A stretch of DNA of 64,000 nt from Gnetum montanum. Its lineage: Eukaryota > Plantae > Gnetophyta. The first letter of the stretch is position 1. The number at the start of each line of letters is the position of its first letter. The stretch spans positions 4,370 to 68,369 of the forward strand of contig MNCI01002109.1 in assembly GCA_015680685.1 (NCBI GenBank), given 5' to 3'. Position numbers and translations under genes: made by a program. The notes beneath the pieces were generated by a model. That model was given only the letters and a program-made list of their open reading frames with translations, was not told the DNA's origin and made no database searches. Positions 1-10,659 of this stretch are shown one piece after another.

Positions 1-1622
1 CTTTTTTTTCCTTTCCCCTGAAACCTTTTTATAGGGTTTAGAGGTAGTTACATATAAAAATATCTTACCTAGCTTCTCTCCCAAGTAACTTGGCCAACCA
101 ATTAGGAGATTACTTGCCCAACAAGTTAGGTAAGTTACAAAAATATTGGGTGATTGTAACCATCATATAGATAAAAAAATCTGTAGCCGACAAGTGTCTA
201 CTTCATGTATGATATTAGGTAAATATCCCAAGAATTTTTGTCTTTGAATATATCTTAATATAGAGGTAGGTATCCAACATTTATATCCAATGTTCATCTT
301 GTTAAGTTGAGGCACGTTTCATTTTCACAAAGAATATAATTGAATATAAAATTAATTTAAGGGATGGCTGATGAAAGAAAATATACGTTTCAAAAGTAAA
401 TAATTTTCCAACGTTAACTGAGATATCGTGGAGGATGTAGTTTGCAGTTAAACCAATTGCCCAATGGCTTCTCCTGCACACAGGCCATCTCCGTAGCTTA
501 TGCTCCGCTCCGCCAAACTTGTCTCGCTCACTAGACCTCCCAAAAATACGATGGCAGTTGGAACCACTCCCACACACAGCTCAGCAGCAATTGCTATTTC
601 TCCTATATCAGTAGTGAAATGGCCTGGAACTACAAACCCTCGATGATGATAACCTGCTTCTACATGTGGGCAGCATTCAAGTCTGGCGCGTTAAGCGCCA
701 ACGGTGTGAGTGCGTCCGCAGTTACCACCTGTCTTCGACGAAGAAAACAGACACCTTCCATGTCCTTGGAAGCACTCAGCATTTGTGTTTTTTTTGTTTC
801 TTTTTGCCAATAATCATCCATAACCGCAGGCACAGGTTCAGGCATGGTAACCGCCTACATTTTAGCCCTATTCTGTTTATTTTGTTGTAACCTGTTACCC
901 CAAAAACTACTAAACTACTTATTGTTACATGCTCTGGCCAAGAAATTAGGCTTACTGTGAAAACAGAAAAACGAAACCCTACATGGCAAGCATTTGACAA
1001 AATTTCGAAGAAGAATATGAAGTTATCCCTGGTGGTTCTTGGCAAAATTTTTATCAGCAAGCATAACTTGTTTTGGTTGCCGTATTGATAAGAACCACCA
1101 TGTTGCTTTTGAGTAAGTGTACCATTTTTTTTCCAGCTTCCAAAAACGTTTTTCCAATGCCTGGACTATGCCATATTATATCACAAGATGCACCTCTGTT
1201 TCTGAAAGTAGTCGGTGCAGTACACTGTTTCTTCTTACTATAGAATCCAATTTTCTCTATTTATTGACTTTAATTTGAATCTGTAAAAGCAGGACCAACC
1301 CCATTCTTGGTTAATGCTCATCATCAATATGCTTGTATAACAAAGCCATGTATATCTACGAGTCCACCACCATTGCTGAACCATTTCTAAGCCCATAACT
1401 AGTTGAATTATAACCTTTCCCGATAGGCATCATGTAATATGCCGAAATATTAATATTACACTCTTTGCCCAATGTATAAGGTTAAAAATAAAATATGTGT
1501 TTCATCACCGTATAACTCATCCAAATTTTTATACATATTTTATTTTATCTTTATTCTCTTTTCCTTCTATTTAAATAGACTGAAACTCCTGCTCCATGAA
1601 ATGGCTTGAAATGTGCCAACAC

Positions 1623-4200
1623 TACCTTGATCCAATTGGTAACGGTATGCGTTAACATAACTATATGCGTTAAGCTCTGTTGTTGGACTGAAGGGAGCCT
1701 CAAAGCCTTGGATGGTGGAGGAGTGTGCATAGACTCAACCGCTTGTTGTTGTGAGACTTTGTCTAGGCTTTTGGTTCTAAAGAAAGGTCTTCTCTTCTTG
1801 CAGTTGTCAAAACTAGTAGCAGGTTGAATGTTTACAGCTCTTTTAACATTACATTGTTGCAGTTGAGTGGGGAGTTCCCCTTGCATTGTTGGATCAAGTG
1901 GTAGTGGAACTACTGGCAGAAGAGTGGAGGATGGATTTGGAGGATGGTATGGATGTGGAGCATCTCCCAAAGGAGAAGGAGTCCTTCTAAAGTACTCCCA
2001 AACTTGGTAGTGATGTTGTGGAGTTGTGTGACCCATAGATTCACTTGGAGAAATCGATTACTAAACGTAATAGCCATAAGGATCTGGTTGCCGGTAAGGG
2101 TATTGTTGTCTGGGTGGTGGCATCCCCCATGACTGTGGGTGTTGCCACTACTGATGTTGCCTGATGGGTTGTGGTGGAGTTCCACTTGGATAGTACATTA
2201 ACAGTTGGTGGAACTATGTTGGGTTACCTTGGGGATAAGGTAACCTTCGGGGTGCCTGTCATCTGTTAAGTCTTGGGTTAAGTGCATACATTTCAGACTC
2301 TTGTAGATGTGAGATGATTGGACAACATCCCTTAGGATGGTCATATTGGCAAATCTCACATCCACCATCATTGTTTGTGTTAGAATCCACAACCTCATTG
2401 GAGATAGTAATTTTTCCCTTACCATTGTTACGTGCATGGCCTACATCTCTCCGCTTTTTCTTATCGTGACCGCTACTTCGTTCCTCCTTAGACTCCTCTA
2501 TAATTTTTAGGACAGTTTCAAGTCTAGAGTCTAAGGAATCCCACAATTGATCCACCTTAGTGGACACTTCAGTTGTTAGCTTTCGAAGTAGCAAGGTTTT
2601 TCTATTCACCAACTCTTCAAGTGGTGACTCATCCTCTTCATCGCAAAAATCTTACTCCCTTCTTCTAAAGGGAAGGATCGTGGTTATATTTTTCTGCACT
2701 TTCTCTTTTCCATAGCTCCCCTTCTTCTTTGGCTACTTGCTCCAACAATCAATGAATTTCATGGGATATAAGTTTAGATAATCTCCCTTGGGCATAAGTC
2801 CCAAGGATTCTCCTAGTCTCATGTCTTAGCCCATCTACGAGGTGGCATAGTTGATCTTGTTGTGCGTAACCATGGCTTGGGCAACGATGTAACAATGCAT
2901 AGTATCGGCCCATGGCAGCATCCAAGGGTTCATGAGTACCTTTCTTCCATCCTTGGATCTGCTTATGCAAGTTAGACACTCTGGAGTATGTTTGCTATTT
3001 ATCGTTGAACAATTCTAACATCCTACTCCACCTCCTAATGGTTTCCAGTTCTAAGGACCGGTACCAACTCTCTGCTTCCTTTATGAGTGTCCTAGGAAAC
3101 AACTTTAGTTTTTTCCACTCATTCTCTATGTTTTGCAAGGTGCAGGCATCGTGGAATGCTTGTAAATGGTTCTATAGATCAACATTATATCCCCCCTCAA
3201 ACTATGGAATATTATTCATGTCTAAGCATTTGATCTAGCTATCTTTTTTATGCCTTGTTGGTATTCTAACTGCCTCTATTATATCTAACATACTCCGGGT
3301 TACAAGTAGGGGCTCATCATGATCATCTCTTTTATGAAATCTATGATGTCTACATTGTTTCCTACTTTTCCTTTGTTCATGCCTTGATTCTCTTGACTAC
3401 CCTCATCCTCTCTCTCGACTCTCTCATTGAGGTCTCTCATCTCGTTTACCCTTATGCTCACCGTTATGCTCTTAGTGGCTGCGCCCAGATGTGGAAAGAG
3501 AGGGTGAATGATGTGATGAAGGAGAAGAAGAAGGGGAACCATCACCATGATGATGTTTCTTACCTTCTCTTCAGCTGCTACGACCTCGATCATGATGATG
3601 ATCCAAGTGCCTATCCTTGTCATGTGTTGTTGTTCCCTTAGTGAATAGTTGGCATTCACAGGGATCGGAACCAAGGTTGTGTATCGTAGAGCATAGGTTC
3701 TGATACCCCACCTCCTCACCATCATTAGGAGGGGAAACATCATTCGATAGAGAACCTATTATAAGTGGTTCACCATCTCCAATTTCACTTAGGACGTGCA
3801 AGATCCCTTTGCCCTTCAACAATGTATGGTGGCTCTCCTGCCATGAGTTCCTTAAATGTTGTGTAGCTATGGGATAATAATCCCTTATCTCTAAATCACC
3901 TACAATGTATTCAACGCATAGCTGGGTCATGTTGATCTGTGCAAGAGCACGAAGGAGAATGTTTGGGACTAAACGATCTAGAGGTAACACTATGATACCT
4001 TGCAAGTCTCTCCATCACAGATGTTCATCCTGATGGAGGATAAAGGTAAATTCGGGTATATACTCATTGTGATGAGTATATACTACCTAATGCTGTTGAG
4101 GAACTGGTGGATTTTGGTTATGTGTTTTAGATCATCGACTGTCTCTTGTATGATCCCTAGGTGGTGTATTGCTTTTATTCAAAGAAGAAGACATTGTTAT
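1623..4200 (-). pseudogene. gag: Decayed gag with long N-terminal extension
   Basis: KLKLFPRTLIKEAESWYRSL...QIQGWKKGTHEPLDAAMGRYYALLHRCPSHG...LVDGL (retrotransposon gag capsid, 2749-3260) and zinc knuckle GCEICQYDHPKGCCP. Contains stops and frameshifts. Confidence 0.85.
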
Positions 4201-4320
4201 TTTATTTGGTGTGTTGTTTAATCATTATATAATTTTCTGTTTAATTAATCCTAAGGGTTCATTTAAGCTCCCAATGATGTGGATAATTTCCTATGTTCTA
4301 CTTAGCACACAAACACTTAG

Positions 4321-4338
4321 TCCCCGGCAACGGTGCCT
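4321..4338 (-). promoter_or_regulatory. Primer binding site complementary to tRNA-Asp 3' end
   Basis: Minus strand reads aggcaccgttgccgggga next to the LTR end, versus the canonical Athila PBS TGGCGCCGTTGCCGGGGA. Confidence 0.9.
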
Positions 4339-4339
4339 A

Positions 4340-5187
4340 TGATAAGTGGCGAGGTACCCCTACACTCAACCATACGAATACGAGCATTACACGCGCAATT
4401 CGGTCAAACTCTACAGACTAAGTGCCTACACGCCTTATGGAACACTTAAGGTTAATCATTCATTGTCTTTCCAAACTTACTTGTATTTGTTACGGTTGTA
4501 TTGTTAAGTAAGTCTGAGGTATGTGATTTTTATAGTTTTTATGTTTTATCTCCTATGCTAATAAGATGAAGGGTGAAGAAAATAATTGACTAACTAACTA
4601 AGCCTTAATTAGCCTAGCATCAGCATCCATTCCCACTTACCGTTCACACCCTGAACCAATGCAACCTTACTTACCAAACACTATTCGTTGCTGGGATCAC
4701 TAAACATAACGCACATGCTCAAAGCGGTCGTACTGAATGCACTTAACTACAAGAGAAGGGTTGAGAGAGATTTAATGAACTAATAAAGCAATTAAAGGAT
4801 AATCAATAAATAACAATAAATAAAGTCCTATTTAGCCTATTTAGCTTAGTCCATGCACTGTAAGGTTTATCCAAGAAGTTCTTCTTTATTTCCGTACACA
4901 AACTTGTGTTCAGGTACAATATTTTCTCGAATAAAGATCCTTTCACTTTGGAGTTCCTACTGCGGGCACATGGAAATTATTCTATCTCTAGAGAGGTAAA
5001 ACTAACAGAGTTTTGCTACAATCTAGGCCTAGAATTAGAAACAAGGGAGAGTCGCCTCTTATTTATAGACTTGGTGGCACACCGCAATATCATGGGGGAC
5101 GATGCAATATCGCGTACGCAATATCATGAGGGATGCGATATCGTGGCAGACGCAATATCATGGCCCATTCGATATCGTGTCCCATCA
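4340..5187 (-). repeat. 5' LTR (848 bp)
   Basis: TGAT...ATCA termini, six (c/g)(g/a)atatc motifs followed by ctataaata, collinear with the solo LTR at 41710-42543. Confidence 0.8.
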
Positions 5188-5502
5188 ATGTTGCAATGAT
5201 GAAGTAATCTCGATCTTTATTATTGATTGTGTACATGTCCAAGTACGGCACACTCGAATAAAGGCTCCGTACAATTACAAGCATCACACCGTAGGCATGC
5301 ACTTGAAAAAGAATTGAAAGTTTAACTAAAAACTGACAAAAAGACTCAACCTAAAGACTTACCAAAAAGACTCCATTCCTATGTGTCCAAGTGTTCTATT
5401 TATAGGCTAACATAAGAATCATGATATCTTGTATACGATATTATTACCCAAGCTGCGATATTGTGTACTTGATATCAGGACCTGGCATACCACGATTCAT
5501 CA
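5188..5502 (-). repeat. 5' fragment of an older LTR of the same family, interrupted by the element to its left
   Basis: Begins tgatgaatc on the minus strand, has gatatc motifs and ctataaata, and aligns with the first third of LTR 24167-25037. Confidence 0.75.
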
Positions 5503-5599
5503 CTTACCAACAAGATTCATAAGGGCAAGAAGGGCAAGAGCCTATTATGATGAACATCCACTTACAAATTTTTGATGGCTCAACATTATGTGCAAGTGA

Positions 5600-7500
5600 G
5601 CTTGATGCTAAATTTTTTAAAGGATGGTGGTCATTGCATTGCATAAAGCACTTTAATTGGTCTCATGCTTAGGCAGTAGCAACTTCATAAGCATCAACAG
5701 TTGATAAGGATATTTCTTTTCTTGTTCATATTTGATTACTTAATTGATTTATAGCTTTAAATTGAAATATGTATTTAAACTTAATCCTTTATGGTCCCCT
5801 TCATTTCTTTCCTTTTCACTTTCTCATACTTTGATGATGGGATTTTATGATTTTCCAAGTTTTCACTTTATTCTAGCATTATGCTTTGTGATTATATTAT
5901 TTAAATTTTTTTCCATGGTGTTTCGGCAATATTTCATTTTAATTTTGTTTTCATTATTTCTTTTTTTTTAATCTTATTTGAAGTTTTTAAATGTTTTCTA
6001 TTTTATCTTCCTTTATTGAATTTAATTTTAACTTGTTTTAATATATTTTATTTTTTATACTTTATTTATTTATTTATATTTTGTTTTAATTTNAATATAT
6101 TTTATTTTTTATACTTTATTTATTTATTTATATTTTGTTTTAATTTGTTTCTATTTTTTATATTTTGATTTTTTTTATTTTTTGTTGAAGAAATTAAAAA
6201 AAAAGAGGCACATGTGTGCAACTACACTTGGTATGGTNTTCTTAATAATAAAATAATATATATATATATATATAATTTGTGCTTTTTCTTCTTGACAATT
6301 TGTCTTGGTTTTTATCATTTTACCTTGATTTTTATCATTGTCATTTTTTTCATTTTCTTTTCATTTTTTTTTGTTTTTGTTGTTTTGCCCTTGTTGGTAG
6401 TAGTAATGCTTATTTTCCTTGTCCAAGCTAGGTGTCTTGTACCTTAATTGTGCAAAGGAACAAAATCAGATATGCTTTTTTAAAAAAAAAATTATGTTTT
6501 ACATACCTACATGTGTTGGAACCCTAACTATGATGATGTTTCACATGTTATCCTTGGGTTTTATGCTTTTCATCATTCTTGCTAGTAATTTTTTGCAATG
6601 GATGTATAGAATCTAAAGGAATTGATATGATTTTTCAACATTTTTCATAGCAAATCAAGTTCCAACAATTGTGTTACATGCACTAAAGGTTATGACCAAA
6701 TGAATTTGATGAATCTTAAGCCTCCATGGTGGAACAAGTTAAAAGAAAAAGAACACTAAAACCACCAATTAAACTTGATGTAGCTAAAGTTTTGTAACTA
6801 GGGAGATTTGAAAGTCACAAATCTTGTTTCTGAAATACCAAGTCAAGGAAATGCACAACAACAACCACCCCAAATGATCTATTGGTAGATCTCATTGATT
6901 TGAGGGTGTCTATAAGAAGGTTGAAACTCATGCAACATAATCTCTTCAAGGCAAATTGATGTCATGATCAATGCAAACTAGAGAGCAAGCAATCACATTG
7001 GGCACATCTACAAGAGCAAGGATTAATGTGAACTCAAAGTAGGATTTTTCAAGTAAGGATGATGAACTTAGAGAAGCAATCCTAAAGAGATCTATCATAC
7101 CCTCAATACACATCAAGCATGCTTGGGGTTGTTTCACCATAGTCACCACCTCCTAGTGCTTCTTGTTATGGTGGCAAGTCTATGTTTTGTCTTGTGTCAT
7201 CTTGTTCTAGCACCTTTGTGCCAACCATAAGTCAAGTTATGCCTAGTATAATTTTTACTATTGTAAGCTAAAGAACTAGCTTAATTGAATGATGAGACAT
7301 CTATGACAATTTTTTTTCTCTATGTAAACTTGGATGCATGATTATTTGTGTACATTTAAACCTATAGGTTGGGTTTTGTTTCAATATGTGGTGATACATC
7401 ATTGGTGTTGCCTCACTTCATTTGCTACCTCACATGATGCTCTACCTTACCTCATACACTACCTTACATGTTGTGCTGCTTCATCACTTCTATTACAAAT
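5600..7500 (+). mobile_element. Possible highly decayed hAT DNA transposon 3' remnant
   Basis: Fragments resembling the hAT dimerisation region (GWWSLH near 5625; RN..FQHF/HSKS..LCYMH near 6620-6685) and cctca-type subterminal repeats at 7410-7490. Weak, by eye. Confidence 0.3.
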
Positions 7501-9073
7501 GCAAAAACTATAAATATCTAAAGAAAAAAAAAGCTAAAGGGGGATTTTTTTTTAACAATTTTCTTTTGCATTTTTTATGATAATTTCTCCTCCTCTCTTG
7601 CATAAGTGTGCCATTTATTTTCCTTTGTATTTGAGTCATCACTTCATCATGCAATGAGACTCTCTTAGAGTGCTATCATGTTTTGCATCACAAAACCTTT
7701 TGATCAATGCAAAGTCAATGTTTGTGTAATGAATAAAGCTCAATTTGATTTTCTTATAATTTATAAATTTATTTTATTGAATCTTGATGATAATATCTCA
7801 CTAATATATTTATTATTAAATTTGAAAATTATAATTAAATTAATTATTTTAGATAAGTTAGAATAGTTGTGTGGAGCTTTGTAGTGATTCTACCTAGCTC
7901 AAGGAGGCCATACCTATATGGAATGATGTTAGATTATCAAGGGTGGATCTAAGGAGATTTTATTACTTTGTGTGTTCGTGTCATGCCTATCCCCAAAGGG
8001 CTTGTGATGTGAAAATATGTTTTATCTATTTTGTATGTATGAATGTTGCACCTATCTCATAATCGACAAGTTTTAATTATTATTTGGTAAATCTGGCTCT
8101 TCTTCTCTTTAAGTGAAAATTCTAAGAAAATTGATATGGGAAGAAAAATTTGGTGCTCCCTTACCTGATCTAAAAGTTAGGTAAGTGAGCATGGATTGTA
8201 GGATACATAAATAACATTGTTAGGTGCATCTAAAATGCTTCATGATTGGAGATCATGAAAGTTATGCTAGTGTGTAAGGACCAAGAGGTATAACCACCTC
8301 CAAACAGTAAGGCCACACCAATGAGCACATTTGCAATATCTAGAACATTAACTCTGACAACAATTATTACAACAACAAGGACCATTGTGTTGGCACATTT
8401 TGGCCATTTCATGGAACAGGTGGACTTATTTGCAAATGGTGAGGTATAGAATCCTAATGAACTAAAACTATTTGAGGATTATGCTCTTTCCCGTGAAGAA
8501 TTCTACAATAGTTAACTGACCATGAAGTTGGAATGGCATATGCTAGATATTGTAGCTACATTTACAGGGAATTATCCATCTTGGTATCATGAGCAGAAAT
8601 TACAATGCAAATTTTGAATGATTAATTTCATGACTTGCTCAAGAATCATAATGTAGTGGTTCTCAAGTCACCTCACTAGAATGTATCCATAGAAAGAGAA
8701 GACAGTTTCATGTTTCTGAGATTGGGACAAAACAAAATGTTGGACTTCGGCCATTTCTCACTGTGAAAGCCACCCACCAATCAGCAAATCTGCATCGCCA
8801 CCATGCCAAACCTGCAAACATAGAGGTGAAAATATGGGTAGGCCATCCATCAGCTACTGAAGAAGGGAAACAAATCTAGTAATTCTAACAACATGCAGGA
8901 ACCACAGAAATCGGCAAGGCAGGCTATACAAGGACCCTGACTAGGGAATAACCAAATCACACCAGAGCAAGCTCAGGAGGAAAAATGGGAACCAATTCTA
9001 GAACCGACCAGAGACCCTAGAAACCCTGATAAGAGCAAAGAAGAAATTCTTAGCCGAAATTAGGTGCTAGGGA

Positions 9074-9478
9074 CTAGATCACGGCACGAGCGGTAGCGAC
9101 CTCTTCATACAGAAGAATGTCCCAGTCGTCATCCCAGTGGATGAAAAGCTCGGTATCCTTGAAATACTGAACTCGGTGAACATAGCTCGAGGGTGTATAC
9201 AAATAATTGCCAGGGCCGAGATCAAAGCTGTGGCCAGAAGTTAGATTCCAGATGTGCTTTGAGCCATGCAGGACCAACACATCATGACTATGAGTATGGT
9301 GATGCATAGGTTCCACACTCCTGCCTTCGAATCTCACCATGGCCATCGTCGGACTCTGCCGCACGATGTTCATCTTCATGCCCGACATCACGTCCGTAGG
9401 TGTGAATTCTCGTGATTTGGCTAGAGAACATATCACACATGTTATCTTTGATTTTTCTACATCTGTGTCGTCCGCCAT
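9074..9478 (-). CDS. Intronless RmlC-like cupin-domain protein (plant small cupin family), possibly a decaying copy
   Basis: 134-aa open ORF with cupin motifs VEPxHHHTxxHD.LVL.G.K..WNLT and LGPGxYLYTP...VHRV.YFxDTE.FI.WD..WD. CpG is locally retained. Confidence 0.8.
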   Translation of the reverse strand: MADDTDVEKSKITCVICSLAKSREFTPTDVMSGMKMNIVRQSPTMAMVRFEGRSVEPMHHHTHSHDVLVLHGSKHIWNLTSGHSFDLGPGNYLYTPSSYVHRVQYFKDTELFIHWDDDWDILLYEEVATARAVI

Positions 9479-9835
9479 TCTTGCACCTACCGAGCTCTAC
9501 TGCTACTGTTGCTGTTGCATGTAGGAGGTCTATTGACTCTTGACGGAGGATTTATTTGTCGCTGCAACATAGCAGTGTTGCATTCCAGGGCATATTCTAA
9601 TCAACTTGGTGCCACTGTACAGTGAATGATGTGTGTTTGCTTTACTGAATCTATGTTATTATGAAAAAAATTGACAAGCTCACCAGGCCAACAACGGCTA
9701 CAGCATAAACCGCATGTTGATTTTTTGCAAAGCTCAAGTAATTATACAGCATTGTGTACGAATGAAATTTACATTTTGACAAAAAAATAAAAGAATTTAT
9801 GGGACATGTTGAAACTCCCATATGGAATGAACATT

Positions 9836-10597
9836 TGTCAATTATGGTAGTTATAACCACTAAATGGGCCACTTGTCAACTACAGCTTTTTTATCTCCAT
9901 GGTGACCACTTGGCAACTAAATGGGACACTTGTCAACCATAGCTTTTTTATCTCTATGGTGGTTATAACCACCCATAATGTTTGTAACTTACCTCACCTT
10001 CTCATGATGATTGTAACTACCTTTAGGTTACTATAAAAGGGCTTCAAGTGTAGGAGGGAAGGGGAGGAGGGGAACACTTTTGGGGTCTTAGAAGAGCATT
10101 TGTAAAGAAGAAATTGTGAAAGATTGCTTGTAAGATGACTTGCTAAAGACAACATTTTAGCCTCTTTGTCATAGTCCTATGAGTTATGCTTATTATTTTT
10201 TATTTTGTTTAAATTGTTTAGCTAGTGATTTAGATAGTATCATGCTTGGCAATTAATTTTGTGATTTCTAGATTTCTCTTATTGTTCTTGTTGCATGGTA
10301 GAAAATTTCTATTAAAATTTTTCCATAGAAGAGCTTGTGTTTGAAAGCCTTAAGAGAATTTTAGTAGTGAATTTTATTATTGTGTAATGTATAAGAACTG
10401 CTATTGAGATTGTTTTAAGAGAGCCTCTACAAGTAGTCAAGCCATTGAACGATTCAATAGTCAAGAGGGTTCAGAAAATTTTTGGTATTTTGATAGAACC
10501 AGAATAGCTTCTTTTATCTTTAAAGTAAATCTCCATGGTATTTGAATCAAAAATTGTCAAGTCTTTTGAAAGGTTCTATTAAATGCAATTGTTGACA
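9836..10597 (+). repeat. LTR-like or promoter-like segment of a different family (possible solo LTR)
   Basis: tgtcaa...ttgaca inverted ends, about 47-bp direct repeat at 9858/9914, palindrome ggtggttataaccacc, TATA ctataaaagg at 10031. No clean TSD. Confidence 0.3.
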
Positions 10598-10659
10598 TCC
10601 ATTATCTAGCCAAAATAGAGTCTCATACATGATAGTTTTGTGTAGCATTTGTTTTTGGA

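Larger units (their letters stand above)
1623..5187 (-). mobile_element. Athila-like Ty3/gypsy element, 5' half only (LTR, PBS, leader, gag), truncated just before the protease
   Basis: LTR 4340-5187, tRNA-Asp PBS, gag capsid ORF pieces. The end MLTHTVTNWIK matches MLTKIVKNWIK that precedes the protease in the copy at 35040. Confidence 0.85.

Noticed and set aside
302-577. ATG18/BCAS3-like exon (WPVCRRSHW)
   Set aside because: Only a short motif resemblance, with no flanking similarity or convincing splice sites.
4321-4338. tRNA-Asp gene
   Set aside because: Only the 18-nt 3' end match is present. It is a PBS, with no cloverleaf.
6040-6148. Exact ~55-bp tandem duplication
   Set aside because: An n sits at the junction in AT-rich sequence, so it is probably a contig-join artefact.
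5744-6616. Hydrophobic short ORFs as membrane proteins
   Set aside because: F/I/L richness comes from T-rich low-complexity or intron-like DNA.
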